A stretch of 64,000 nucleotides of DNA. Origin: Candidatus Latescibacterota bacterium (GTDB lineage: Bacteria; Latescibacterota; UBA2968). The DNA lies in NCBI GenBank assembly GCA_965222605.1, contig OZ244960.1, positions 6,112,001-6,176,000 of the forward strand, written 5' to 3'. Below the pieces are notes generated by a model. It worked only from the letters and a program-made list of their open reading frames with translations. It ran no database searches and had not been told where the DNA came from. Position numbers and translations under genes: made by a program. Positions 1-9,365 of this stretch are shown in pieces. Within the stretch, counting starts at the first letter, position 1; each line of letters begins with the position of its first letter.

Positions 1-246
1 CTGACCGAGAATTTTGATTGTGAAGGCATTGATGCGCGGGCAAAAGAATACGACCGCGAAAGTTTTGTCGCATGGCGCGAGCAGGCCCTAAAAGAAGGCA
101 TTTACAAGGATACAATGGCTCTGGTCTATAGCGGTCACGATCGCGTTTGTATTGAGGATATTGCGCCGTGGACAGACGCAGATGAACAGCGGGTTGAAGC
201 GTGGCTGGATGGTAGGGGGCGGGTTTCAAACCCGCCCGTACATTAG
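1..246 (+). CDS. 3' end of a CDS truncated by the window edge, function unassigned
   Basis: Frame 1 is open from base 1 (LTENFDCEGIDARAKEYDRESF...RVSNPPVH) to TAG at 244-246. Confidence 0.6.
   Translation: MTENFDCEGIDARAKEYDRESFVAWREQALKEGIYKDTMALVYSGHDRVCIEDIAPWTDADEQRVEAWLDGRGRVSNPPVH
212..241. repeat. GTAG-type REP-like palindrome
   Basis: GTAGGGGGCGGGTTTCAAACCCGCCCGTAC: GTAG head plus GGGCGGGTTT/AAACCCGCCC stem, lying in the 3' end of the first CDS. Confidence 0.65.
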
Positions 247-283
247 CGAGCCTCAGTACCCAACATCAGGTCAATTTTTATAC

Positions 284-643
284 ATGCCTACCGCACTTCT
301 CATTGTCGATCACGGTTCCAGGCGTGAAGAAGCCAACCAAATGCTTCACGGCGTTGGCGATATTTTGCGTCGAGCGCGCCCCGATATCATTGTCCACGTC
401 GCGCACATGGAACTGGCCGAACCCACTATTAGACAGGGTATTGATGCATGTGTGCGCGAGGGGGCGAGCGAGATAATTGTTCATCCCTATATGCTTTCTC
501 CCGGACGCCATGCCACAGAAGATATTCCGCGCATGGCAACAGAAGCAGGGGCTGTATATCCAGATGTGAATATCCGCGTTACCGAACCGCTTGGCTTGCA
601 CGACAAACTCTGCGAGGTCATTCTCCAGCGCGCCGGGTTGTAA
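284..643 (+). CDS. CbiX/SirB-family small sirohydrochlorin chelatase
   Basis: LLIVDHGSRREEAN, HMELAEPTI and PYMLSPGRHATEDIP are CbiX motifs; ATG at 284. Confidence 0.85.
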   Translation: MPTALLIVDHGSRREEANQMLHGVGDILRRARPDIIVHVAHMELAEPTIRQGIDACVREGASEIIVHPYMLSPGRHATEDIPRMATEAGAVYPDVNIRVTEPLGLHDKLCEVILQRAGL

Positions 644-653
644 AGGCGATTCT

Positions 654-1829
654 ATGTCCACAGAAACCGCGCCATCCTTTCGTCCTGTTTTTTATATTAC
701 CGCTGCACACATGGCGTTGGATTTTTACATGGTCCTCACGCCGCCATTGTGGGCTTTTTTTCAGAGTCATTTCAATCTCACGGTGGCGCAGTTTGCTTAT
801 TTGCCCACGGTGATTATCTTTTGCGGTTCTATCGCTCAGCCCTTTATGGGCTATTTTAGCGATGGACGCGATCGCATGGCCCTCGTTGCGCTGGGGCTTT
901 TTGTTACGGGTATTTTTGTCTCTTGTATCGGCTTTGCACCCACCGTTTATATACTCGCTGCATTTTTGATTTTCGCGTCTTTTGGGTCCTCTCTTTTTCA
1001 TCCCACCGCCGGAGGATTGGTCACGGCTTTAACGCCGCATCGAGCCAATCTGTCTATGGCTATTTTTCTGACTGGGGGAACACTGGGGATGGCGCTCGCT
1101 TCGATTACCGGGACGCAAATTGTCGAGCGATATGGCATCGAATATCTGTGGCTTATTGTTATCCCTGTCTTGATTCTTGCACCATTTATCCTGTGGCAGG
1201 CTCGAAAAGTTCCCGTACATGAACGCCGTATAACCGCGGGCAAAATCGATTTCTCCATTTTAAAAAAAACGCGCTCTTTGTGGACGCTTTTTGCCATTAG
1301 TGTTTTGCGCTCTATTATTCACACGGGGTTTGTCAGTTTTACGGCTATTTTGGGGGCGTCTCGCGGTTGGGCTACCAGTGAAATCGGCTGGATTTTTTCC
1401 GGTTATTTGCTTTCCAGCACGCTGGGGCGTATCACGGGTGGTTATCTGGCAGATCGCATGTCTCAGCGCAAACTTCTGGCTTTTTCGTGTGCTTCATCCG
1501 CAATTTTTCACGCGGGTTTTTGCGTGACAGACGGATACGTGTCGCTCATTTCGTTTTTTGTGGCGGGGTATTTGTTCGACCTCGGCATTACGACGAATAT
1601 CTCTTTGGCGCAACGCGCCTTGCCTCACAATACGAGTACGGCGACCGGATTGGTGATGGGTTTTTCCTGGAGTATGGCGGGCCTTGCTATGATCGGCGTA
1701 GGCAGTCTTGCGGAGTGGACTTCTACTGCTACTGCGCTTACGGTTGTCTCTATGGTGCTTATCCCGGCAACTCTTCTGGTTGGACTGCTGCCCTCTGAGT
1801 ATAGTGAGGCGAGAAGTAGGGAAAAATAA
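654..1829 (+). CDS. MFS transporter (Fsr/fosmidomycin-resistance-like)
   Basis: About 12 hydrophobic segments; QPFMGYFSDG, GSSLFHP and GGYLADRMSQR motifs. Confidence 0.85.
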   Translation: MSTETAPSFRPVFYITAAHMALDFYMVLTPPLWAFFQSHFNLTVAQFAYLPTVIIFCGSIAQPFMGYFSDGRDRMALVALGLFVTGIFVSCIGFAPTVYILAAFLIFASFGSSLFHPTAGGLVTALTPHRANLSMAIFLTGGTLGMALASITGTQIVERYGIEYLWLIVIPVLILAPFILWQARKVPVHERRITAGKIDFSILKKTRSLWTLFAISVLRSIIHTGFVSFTAILGASRGWATSEIGWIFSGYLLSSTLGRITGGYLADRMSQRKLLAFSCASSAIFHAGFCVTDGYVSLISFFVAGYLFDLGITTNISLAQRALPHNTSTATGLVMGFSWSMAGLAMIGVGSLAEWTSTATALTVVSMVLIPATLLVGLLPSEYSEARSREK

Positions 1830-1842
1830 AAGGCGAGGTGAG

Positions 1843-4800
1843 ATGGTTCACACGAAGACACAGAGACACAAAGAGAGGCGGGGGCTGGGGGCTGGGGGCT
1901 GGGAGCTGAGGTGGGGTTACGCGCTTGCTGTGGTTATCTGTGGTTTCTTTTCACAGATAGCTCACGCGCAACCCGCGTATTCTCCAGGGCAGATTCTCGT
2001 TAAGTTTCGTAGCGCAGGACGGGGTAAAACTGCGGTAGCAGTTCACCCGGCGCTTGCACAATTCCGCGATCTATCAGAGCGCTATGGCGTGACGGCGATT
2101 GAACCGCTTTTTACGCCGCGAAGTGCCAAGGCTGTTTATCCCCATCCTTTAAGTCAGGTGTACCGCGTGCGCTTGTCGGGCGATCCAATCGAAGCTGCAG
2201 CCGATTACGCATTGCGCCCCGACGTTGTGTACGCGCAACCCAATTATTTGTTTACGCACCAACAAGTGCCCAATGACCCGCGGTACAGCGATCAGCATAA
2301 TCTTCAGATCCTCGATTGGGAGATATTGCAACAAAACCTCGGTCCCATTCGAGAACAGATAATTGTCGCGATCATTGATTCCGGCGTTGATTATAACCAC
2401 GAAGACTTGCGCGACAATATCTGGCACAATGCCGCAGAAGTAGGCGGCTCGTCTGGCGTTGACGACGATGGGAATGGGTATATCGACGATATAAGGGGTT
2501 GGGATTTCACCCATGCGCCTGATCTGCCGGGGATGGGCGATTATCTCATGCGGGACAACGACCCACAGGATGAATCCTCGCACGGTACGCGCGTTGCAGG
2601 CATTGTTGCTGCCGCGACGAATAACAATAGGGGAATTGCCGGTATTGCGCCCAATGCACAGATTATGGCACTGCGGGCAGGTTTGAGACGGCTTGGAGGC
2701 ATTGGCTTTCTCGAAGAAGATGATATCGCTGCGGCCATTCTCTATGCCGTGGAAAATGGCGCGCATGTCATTAATATGAGTTTTGGGGGGCCTGAGCGCA
2801 CTTTTATCCTGGGCGATGTAATCCAATACGCACACGCTCAGGGCGTTGTGCTCGTCGCCTCTGCGGGTAACTCGGGCGATGAGTTGGAGTATCCCGCAGG
2901 CAATCACTATACGATTGCCGTAGGTGCGGTAAATTCCTCCGACCGTCTGGCGGGTTTTAGCAGCACGGGCGCGTCGCTCGATCTGGTTGCACCGGGTGTC
3001 AATATTCTCAGCATACGTCTCAACAATCGCTATGCCTCAGGCTCTGGCACTTCTTTTTCCGCGCCTCATATATCCGGTTTGGTCGCGCTGATTTTCTCGC
3101 GTCGGCCCGATCTTCCGCCTCACTCTGTACGCAATTTGCTCATCGCATCTGCAATTGACCTGGGTTCGCCGGGGCACGACAATGAGTATGGCGCGGGGCG
3201 CGTAAGTGGGACGGAACTCGCAAATCGCCTGAGTACTTTCGATTCGCTGACGGTTGCGATTCACACGCCCAACAACGATCAAGGAGAAGATACTGCGTTT
3301 GATATTCGCGCTTCTGTTGCGGGCGCGCAGGTTACGGGTTATCGCCTGTCTTATGGTTTGGGGCACAATCCACATACGTGGACACGTCTTGCAGAAGGAT
3401 TACCCTCTCTGGACATTCGCTATACGTGGGATGTTTCTGCTTTTACAAATTCTGATGTGGTTTTGCGACTCGAGGCAGATTTGTCGGATGGCGCGGTTGT
3501 GGAAGACCGCGTTCGCGTTGCCATTCAAAAAAGGGCACCCTCTATCACCGCGCTTGCGTGTGGCGATGTATTGGTGGGCGACCGCCGCGTTTTTGAATGT
3601 CGCTGGCGGACTGATCAGCGCGCACACGGGGGTATTGCCTATCGCTATGGCGCGGATTTTGATACCCTTTACACCGGCCTGGTGCAAAACAAACACCGCG
3701 TTGTTCTGCCCCACACATTGCCAGCGGGTGTTGTGACATTTCACGTTTTGGCTGATGGAGAAAACAATATCCGCGCGGTGCATCCGGCGCAGACAATTGA
3801 TTATGTTCCTTTTCGCGTCCCGCAAAATGGTTTTACAGAAATGGGTACATTGCCCGATGGTTTTTTGCCCGATCGCGCGTCGGATTTCGACCGCGATGGC
3901 AGGCTGGAAATCGCGCTTATGCCCTATGTTAGCGGCAGTTACGGACCCGTGCATATTTACGAACGCCAGACAGATGGCACATTTGCCGATGAATTTCAAA
4001 GCGATGAGCGTTTTTTGCCCTGGGCAATTGGCGATATTACGAATGATGGGACCGATGATTTGTTGGGCGTGACTTATGAGCGTCTTGTGCTTTTTACAGA
4101 TAGCTTCTCCAATCCCTATCCCGCGCAAGTGGAATTTGAACAGCGCGACACATGGGGCGGCGATTTTGCCGATGTGGATGGCGATAGCATTCCCGATATT
4201 ATCGCTCGTTCAGGTGGGCAGCGCGGTATCCGCGTGATTCGCAATCTCGGCAGTGTGATCCGCGAGGAGGCATTTCTCGCCGATCCCTCGCAAGGCACTG
4301 GCGACCTTGGTCCGCGCTTTGTGGTTGCAGACTTTGACCGGGATGAGCAGCGGGAAATTCTCGCTGGCGATGCCGATGGCGATCTCTGGATATACGAATA
4401 TCGCGCGGGGAAATACGTGCAGACATGGTCCTTGCCGGGAGATGGAGATGCGCGCTGGATTGGTGGGGGTGTGGATTTGGACGACGATGGATTGGTAGAA
4501 TTTGCCGTTGCTCGTGCATATACAGATGCCTATGAAGCTTCCAATGGTTTCTGGGAGTTGGAGATTTACAGCATGCGTGCGCCCGATACTTATGCACGCG
4601 AATGGACGACGCGGATCAATGGGGTGGCGACTACGGGCAATGGGATTTCAGCAGGGGATGTCGATGGGGATGGCCTGGCCGATTTGCTACTATGCCTGCG
4701 TCCCGATCTCTATGCTTTTCGCGCTGAAGAGCCAGATCACTATCGCCCGATCTGGCATACGCCGGTGGGTTTGATGCGTCGCGCACTCATTGCCGATCTG

Positions 4801-5589
4801 GATAAAGATTTTCGCAGTGAGGTACTTTTTAATTTTGATGGCGCAGTGCATATTGTTGAACGCGATGAACCGCCGGTTGCAGTAGGGTCGCCGCAGATTA
4901 TACGCGCGCGTCCCCTGGGACCAACCCGCGTTGAAATCGACTGGATGCAAGTGCCCGATGCATCTTCTTACCAGATTTATCGCGCTGTTGGCGATGGTGC
5001 GCTCGATTATTTCGATGAGATAAGCGACCGCACGGTGTATATCGATTCTTTGCTAACTGAAGGACAGACCTATCGCTACCAGATTGTCGCCGTGGCAGAT
5101 TGGGACCTGCGATCGGGTATTGTCTCTCTCACGCCAAACCGTGCGCCAGAAGTCGTGCGTGTTGAAACGTTGTCGGACAACCAGATTCAAATTTTCTTTT
5201 CAGAGGAGATGGGATCAGATGCGGCACTGCCATCGAGTTATCTGCTCGGCGGTGTTGGACAACCGACATCTGTGGTTCTCGATCAACAAAATACCCGAGC
5301 GGTTCTGTCCTTTGCCGTGCCTTTCCCAGCTCGCTATACACTGACTATTCTCAATGTATCCGATGCGAGCGGTACACCTCTTGGACTGACAACTATTGCA
5401 GATACTGTTGACCTAGACCTTCTTGCGCGAGCCGATGCCGATGGCAGTGGCGTTGTCGATTTTGCGGATTTTTTGGCTTTTGTCCACGCATTTCAAACTT
5501 CCGATTCCACATTCGATTTTGACGGCGATGGTATCGTCAATTTCCCCGACTTTCTCATCTTTGCCAACCTCTTTGGTCGAGCAGTATGA
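1843..5589 (+). CDS. Secreted S8 subtilisin-like serine peptidase with FG-GAP repeats, FN3/Ig-like domains and C-terminal EF-hand/dockerin-like pair
   Basis: Catalytic triad motifs IIDSGVD, HGTRVAG and GTSFSAP; signal peptide ending AHA-Q; DFDRDG/DVDGDG repeats; C-terminal DADGSGVVDFADF and DFDGDGIVNFPDF. Confidence 0.9.
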   Translation: MVHTKTQRHKERRGLGAGGWELRWGYALAVVICGFFSQIAHAQPAYSPGQILVKFRSAGRGKTAVAVHPALAQFRDLSERYGVTAIEPLFTPRSAKAVYPHPLSQVYRVRLSGDPIEAAADYALRPDVVYAQPNYLFTHQQVPNDPRYSDQHNLQILDWEILQQNLGPIREQIIVAIIDSGVDYNHEDLRDNIWHNAAEVGGSSGVDDDGNGYIDDIRGWDFTHAPDLPGMGDYLMRDNDPQDESSHGTRVAGIVAAATNNNRGIAGIAPNAQIMALRAGLRRLGGIGFLEEDDIAAAILYAVENGAHVINMSFGGPERTFILGDVIQYAHAQGVVLVASAGNSGDELEYPAGNHYTIAVGAVNSSDRLAGFSSTGASLDLVAPGVNILSIRLNNRYASGSGTSFSAPHISGLVALIFSRRPDLPPHSVRNLLIASAIDLGSPGHDNEYGAGRVSGTELANRLSTFDSLTVAIHTPNNDQGEDTAFDIRASVAGAQVTGYRLSYGLGHNPHTWTRLAEGLPSLDIRYTWDVSAFTNSDVVLRLEADLSDGAVVEDRVRVAIQKRAPSITALACGDVLVGDRRVFECRWRTDQRAHGGIAYRYGADFDTLYTGLVQNKHRVVLPHTLPAGVVTFHVLADGENNIRAVHPAQTIDYVPFRVPQNGFTEMGTLPDGFLPDRASDFDRDGRLEIALMPYVSGSYGPVHIYERQTDGTFADEFQSDERFLPWAIGDITNDGTDDLLGVTYERLVLFTDSFSNPYPAQVEFEQRDTWGGDFADVDGDSIPDIIARSGGQRGIRVIRNLGSVIREEAFLADPSQGTGDLGPRFVVADFDRDEQREILAGDADGDLWIYEYRAGKYVQTWSLPGDGDARWIGGGVDLDDDGLVEFAVARAYTDAYEASNGFWELEIYSMRAPDTYAREWTTRINGVATTGNGISAGDVDGDGLADLLLCLRPDLYAFRAEEPDHYRPIWHTPVGLMRRALIADLDKDFRSEVLFNFDGAVHIVERDEPPVAVGSPQIIRARPLGPTRVEIDWMQVPDASSYQIYRAVGDGALDYFDEISDRTVYIDSLLTEGQTYRYQIVAVADWDLRSGIVSLTPNRAPEVVRVETLSDNQIQIFFSEEMGSDAALPSSYLLGGVGQPTSVVLDQQNTRAVLSFAVPFPARYTLTILNVSDASGTPLGLTTIADTVDLDLLARADADGSGVVDFADFLAFVHAFQTSDSTFDFDGDGIVNFPDFLIFANLFGRAV
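1880..1907. repeat. Heptamer tandem repeat (GGGGGCT)x3 + GGGAGCT
   Basis: Read directly; lies in the 5' coding region of the S8 peptidase. Confidence 0.85.
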
Positions 5590-5620
5590 GAACCGAGGAC
5601 CAATAGGGAAGGACCTGGTC

Positions 5621-6265
5621 GTGAATATTGGTATTCCCAAACGCGCGTTTTTTCAGGTGGCTTTTCCCTGTGTATTCCGCGCAGATGCCCCGGTGATTGA
5701 TGGCGTGCTCAATGACTGGGAGGCGACTTATTTGGTGCCCGATTTGACCGGGGTTGAGGGCAAAAATCCCTTTGCCGATGTGTATATGGCATGGCACGAT
5801 ACCGGATTGTTTTTTGCCGTTGATGTAAAAGGTGCCGGAGGGCGTGCGCCCGATGTCCGCCGTCCATTGCGCGGTGATGGTTTTCAAGTGTGGATTGATA
5901 CGCGCGATGTGCGTAATGTGCCACGAGGAAGCCGCTATTGTCATCATTTTTGTTTTTGGCCGGGCAGGAAAGAGGGCCGGGCAGGGGGAAGGCAGTTTCG
6001 TTTGCGACGGGCAAGAACGCATCCGAGGTTGTGCGATCCCGAGCGTTTAGAGGTGGCTTCAAAGATGTACCAAACGGGGTACCGCCTGGAAGCCCATATT
6101 CCCACTGCTGCAATGACCGGGTTTGATCCCGATGAGAATAATCGGATCGGTTTTACTTATTTGCTGCGCGATAAGAATTTGGGGCGGCAAGTTTGGACGG
6201 CAGAGGAGATTTTGCCCGTGTCTTATGATCCGAGTTTGTGGGGTACAGCAGAATTGGTAAGGTGA
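5621..6265 (+). CDS. CBM9/DOMON-like sugar-binding domain protein
   Basis: APVIDGVLNDW, VYMAWHDTGLFFAVDV, DGFQVWIDTRD and YRLEAHIP motifs; probable GTG start. Confidence 0.7.
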   Translation: MNIGIPKRAFFQVAFPCVFRADAPVIDGVLNDWEATYLVPDLTGVEGKNPFADVYMAWHDTGLFFAVDVKGAGGRAPDVRRPLRGDGFQVWIDTRDVRNVPRGSRYCHHFCFWPGRKEGRAGGRQFRLRRARTHPRLCDPERLEVASKMYQTGYRLEAHIPTAAMTGFDPDENNRIGFTYLLRDKNLGRQVWTAEEILPVSYDPSLWGTAELVR

Positions 6266-6373
6266 GTGTCAAAAGGCGAGGAGGAGGTTTGTATTTCGTT
6301 AAATAGTTTTGTATATTGGAGGCATTGAACGATAGCTTCAAATCGGCAATGGGTTTGTATTCGAGGTTGGTAC

Positions 6374-7387
6374 ATGGCACAAGATAGCGAACTTTCTCAT
6401 GACCTCGCCGCTCACGTAGAGCGTTTGGAGTCGCTGTTGGCAATTAGTCGGTTGATGAATGCGACGTCAAACCAGGGGCGGTTGATCAGTGGTATTGCGC
6501 ATGAGATCTCCACGTATTTGGATGCGGATCAGTGTTCGATTTTTTTTCACAACCGCCTGACGGATGAGCTTTATACGCATGTTGGGGCAGGGGTCGAAAA
6601 AGATACGCAAGTGCGAATTCCGAGCAATAGGGGTATCGCAGGGCATGTGTTTAAGAGCGGCGATGTGAGAAATGTTTTAGATACTTCCAAAGACCCTTTG
6701 TTCACCAATGTACTCGGGTATGAAACGCATACCATGTTGGCCTTTCCGCTGCACAACAGACGCGGGGAGGTGATAGGTGTAATGGAACTCCTGAACAAGA
6801 AAGGTGATCCGGGGTATTTTACAAAAGATGATGAGGATTTTCTGCACGAGGTGGCCGCGCAAATCGGTGGGTTAGTCGATATGATGTTGCGGCGAGAGGA
6901 GATGGCCCACCGCAATGAGTTGCTCGAAGCACAGATGGAGCGCTTGTCGGGATTTGAGCATCTGGTGGAGGACCGCACGGTTATCAATACCGTGTTTAAG
7001 TACAATCGCAAGATACACTATTGGGCAGGGTTTATCGGCATGATTGTGCTGGCACTGATGTCTATTACCTCGCTGGTGATGGTGCGATCTGATGATTTCC
7101 GGTCTGTGATGCTGAATTTGCACACGGGGGCCATTTTTACGGGCCCGGAAAGAAACGATTATAAAATTTATACCGATATCGTTGCCTATGTTACGTTGAC
7201 AATTTGTCTTTCTGGTTTTCTAATGTATGCCTATCCACCGCTGAATCGCTGGATGAGGGCCAAAAAGGATCGGCTTTCGCGGTTTATGATTCAGGCGGGG
7301 GTGCGTCAGCTCAATCAAAATCGCCGGGTTCAGGAGGGGTTGCGAAAAGTACTGGGGGGCCGGGATAAGCCCTCTGGAAAAACTTGA
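6374..7387 (+). CDS. GAF-domain protein fused to a PepSY-associated-TM-like membrane module
   Basis: PDE-type GAF (GIAGHVFKSG...GYETHTMLAFPL...GVMELLNKKG...FTKDDE), then RKIHYWAG-TM...LNLHTG...TM-SGFLMY. Confidence 0.75.
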   Translation: MAQDSELSHDLAAHVERLESLLAISRLMNATSNQGRLISGIAHEISTYLDADQCSIFFHNRLTDELYTHVGAGVEKDTQVRIPSNRGIAGHVFKSGDVRNVLDTSKDPLFTNVLGYETHTMLAFPLHNRRGEVIGVMELLNKKGDPGYFTKDDEDFLHEVAAQIGGLVDMMLRREEMAHRNELLEAQMERLSGFEHLVEDRTVINTVFKYNRKIHYWAGFIGMIVLALMSITSLVMVRSDDFRSVMLNLHTGAIFTGPERNDYKIYTDIVAYVTLTICLSGFLMYAYPPLNRWMRAKKDRLSRFMIQAGVRQLNQNRRVQEGLRKVLGGRDKPSGKT

Positions 7388-7455
7388 TTTTGTGTTGAGA
7401 AAAGTTTATTATCATGGTCCGCGATGTGAAACGAAAAGGAAAGAGGAGGAAGGTA

Positions 7456-7896
7456 ATGCGCTATTTGAGGTTTATGGCTTTGGGTTCGGTGATTTTGGGG
7501 GTTGTAATGGCTGGTATCGCTGGCTGTGGTGGAGGCAACGAACAGTCGAACAATCTGCCGGTGAGACGTGCGAAAATGCGCGAGATTAAGCTGAGTACAG
7601 ACCGGATTATGGTCGCGCTGAAAAACGGGACGGTTGACGGGGTTGCCGATGATGCCGGGAAGATTCAGGATGCGTTAAAAGCGGTGATCGATCTCTATCC
7701 GCCGGAACACGAAGAGAAATACACGATTTACAACCGGGCGTCTCAAACACTGGCTTTGGGGATTGCGTCGGCTGCTAAGGGGGGAAATGTCAAGGAGGCG
7801 AATAAAAAGTTCCGAGCCATGGTGCCTTATTGCGGCAAATGCCACGAAGATTGCGCGTTTATGCTGGCTCCCGCATTTCCCGAATATGAAGAGTGA
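7456..7896 (+). CDS. Cytochrome c'/c556-like (class II) lipoprotein
   Basis: Lipobox IAGC; N-terminal RRAKM helix; all-helical, Ala-rich body; single C-terminal CGKCH; strong RBS GAGGAGG. Confidence 0.75.
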   Translation: MRYLRFMALGSVILGVVMAGIAGCGGGNEQSNNLPVRRAKMREIKLSTDRIMVALKNGTVDGVADDAGKIQDALKAVIDLYPPEHEEKYTIYNRASQTLALGIASAAKGGNVKEANKKFRAMVPYCGKCHEDCAFMLAPAFPEYEE

Positions 7897-7924
7897 GTTA
7901 GTGTAACAAAAAACGAGTATAACG

Positions 7925-7957
7925 AAAAAGCGTCGGCTATATTAGCCGACGCTTTTT
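7925..7957. terminator. Bidirectional intrinsic terminator
   Basis: AAAAAGCGTCGGCTA-TAT-TAGCCGACGCTTTTT between convergent genes. Confidence 0.85.
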
Positions 7958-7993
7958 GTTTTGATTTTTTCCTAGCTCTGCCTTAATTGCAGG

Positions 7994-8281
7994 TCAAGAG
8001 ACTTGATGCATTTTTTTGTATTCATGGAGCACAGACCGGACAGTTGTTTCGATGTTTTTTCCTCGGCCCTGGTACCACTTAAAAGTGTCTTGGTCCAAGG
8101 GAATGGAGAGCACGATTTGCGCCTGGGATAGAAATTTGTCATCTGTCGGCTGAGCATCCGGGTCAGATCGTGCGGCCTCTTCAATATCCGCTTCGGTCAT
8201 TGATTCAACCCTTACCATATCTGATTCGGTATCTTCAGGAAGACGATCCCGAGTATATCTCACGATATTTTCTTCTCTCAT
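7994..8281 (-). CDS. brnA: BrnA-family antitoxin (divergent)
   Basis: SMTEADIEEAARSDPDA and C-terminal SIPLDQDTFKWYQGRG...VL; overlaps brnT. Confidence 0.75.
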   Translation of the reverse strand: MREENIVRYTRDRLPEDTESDMVRVESMTEADIEEAARSDPDAQPTDDKFLSQAQIVLSIPLDQDTFKWYQGRGKNIETTVRSVLHEYKKMHQVS

Positions 8282-8519
8282 TTCGATTTGCCCTTCTACA
8301 AGAAATGATTCGATAGCGATTTTCTCGAATGGTATAAACGACATAGTACTCTAAGCTATCGACAATACCGATCGCCACATACCGAGTTTCGCCGTAATTT
8401 TTTCGATCATCAAGAAATTTCAATATTGGACCATCAAAAATCCTGGCAGCCCGTAAAAAGCTGATTCCGTGTTTCTCAATATTGGATATATTTTTTGAAG
8501 AATCCCATTCAAATTCCAT
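8235..8519 (-). CDS. brnT: BrnT-family ribonuclease toxin
   Basis: MEFEWDSSKNISNIEKHGISF...YGETRY...VVYTIR...RIISCRRAN signature. Confidence 0.92.
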   Translation of the reverse strand: MEFEWDSSKNISNIEKHGISFLRAARIFDGPILKFLDDRKNYGETRYVAIGIVDSLEYYVVYTIRENRYRIISCRRANRNERRKYREIYSGSSS

Positions 8520-8580
8520 TGTATAAATATACGTAAGTTCGCGCTCAGATGCAATTTACATACTTTACCATAGGCCGGGG

Positions 8581-9339
8581 TCAGAACCGCCAGGTTTTCA
8601 GGGCGGTTTTTCCGAATATCCATTCTCTGTCTTCTGCATTGAGGCCAGACAGGTAATCCATCGGGACTTTGAGACTATTTTCATAGCCTTCGCGTCTGCT
8701 CACGGGGGGATAATCGCTTCCCCACATGACCCTTTGAGGACCAAAGGCTTCAATGGCCATGTCGGCGAGTGGGGGAATGGGGTCAAAAGGCAAAGGGACG
8801 GGACAGATTTCGCCGAATCCGGGGAGTTTGATGGATAGATTAGGCTGTTCGGCGAGTTTGAGGATTTTTTTGAACGTGTCATAAGGGTGCTGTTGACCTT
8901 CTCCAATGCCCGCGAGGTGTTCGATCACAATGGATAGATTTGGAAATTCGCTGAGTACTTCTGCAAATTCATCGCTCAGAAGGCTCTGAGGACTGCTCGG
9001 CGCACTGACGACGAGGTCGAGCTCGGCTGCTGTGCGCCACTGCGCGAGGGGATCGGCGCAATCGGCGCGGCTGTTTGCCGGAAGACGAATGCCGACAATA
9101 CCCTGTTCTGCCCATTGTCGCATGGCTGTGCCATCGTCTGTTGGGTCAACGATCATGGCCGCTTGAAATTTTCCCGGATGTGCCGCCATGCTGTCGAGCA
9201 TATACTGGTTATCCGAGTTCCCCGCGTACTGGATGAAAACGGCTCGATCGACGCCGGATGTGTTCATGTGGTAGAGAAGAGATTCTACGGGTTCGTATTT
9301 GCGAAGTCCAATGTGGCAGTGCGTATCGACAATAGTCAT
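8581..9339 (-). CDS. Amidohydrolase family protein (Amidohydro_2)
   Basis: DTHCH, IVIEHL and FGPQRVMWGSDYP motifs. Confidence 0.88.
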   Translation of the reverse strand: MTIVDTHCHIGLRKYEPVESLLYHMNTSGVDRAVFIQYAGNSDNQYMLDSMAAHPGKFQAAMIVDPTDDGTAMRQWAEQGIVGIRLPANSRADCADPLAQWRTAAELDLVVSAPSSPQSLLSDEFAEVLSEFPNLSIVIEHLAGIGEGQQHPYDTFKKILKLAEQPNLSIKLPGFGEICPVPLPFDPIPPLADMAIEAFGPQRVMWGSDYPPVSRREGYENSLKVPMDYLSGLNAEDREWIFGKTALKTWRF

Positions 9340-9365
9340 TGCGTTTTTACTCCGAAGGGGTGGGA

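Noticed and set aside
1708-1842. ORF-track N-terminal extensions (also at 152, 591, 5423, 14790, 42703, 51527, 52407 and 60817)
   Set aside because: They overlap neighbouring genes or promoters; downstream starts have better RBS and family-typical N-termini.
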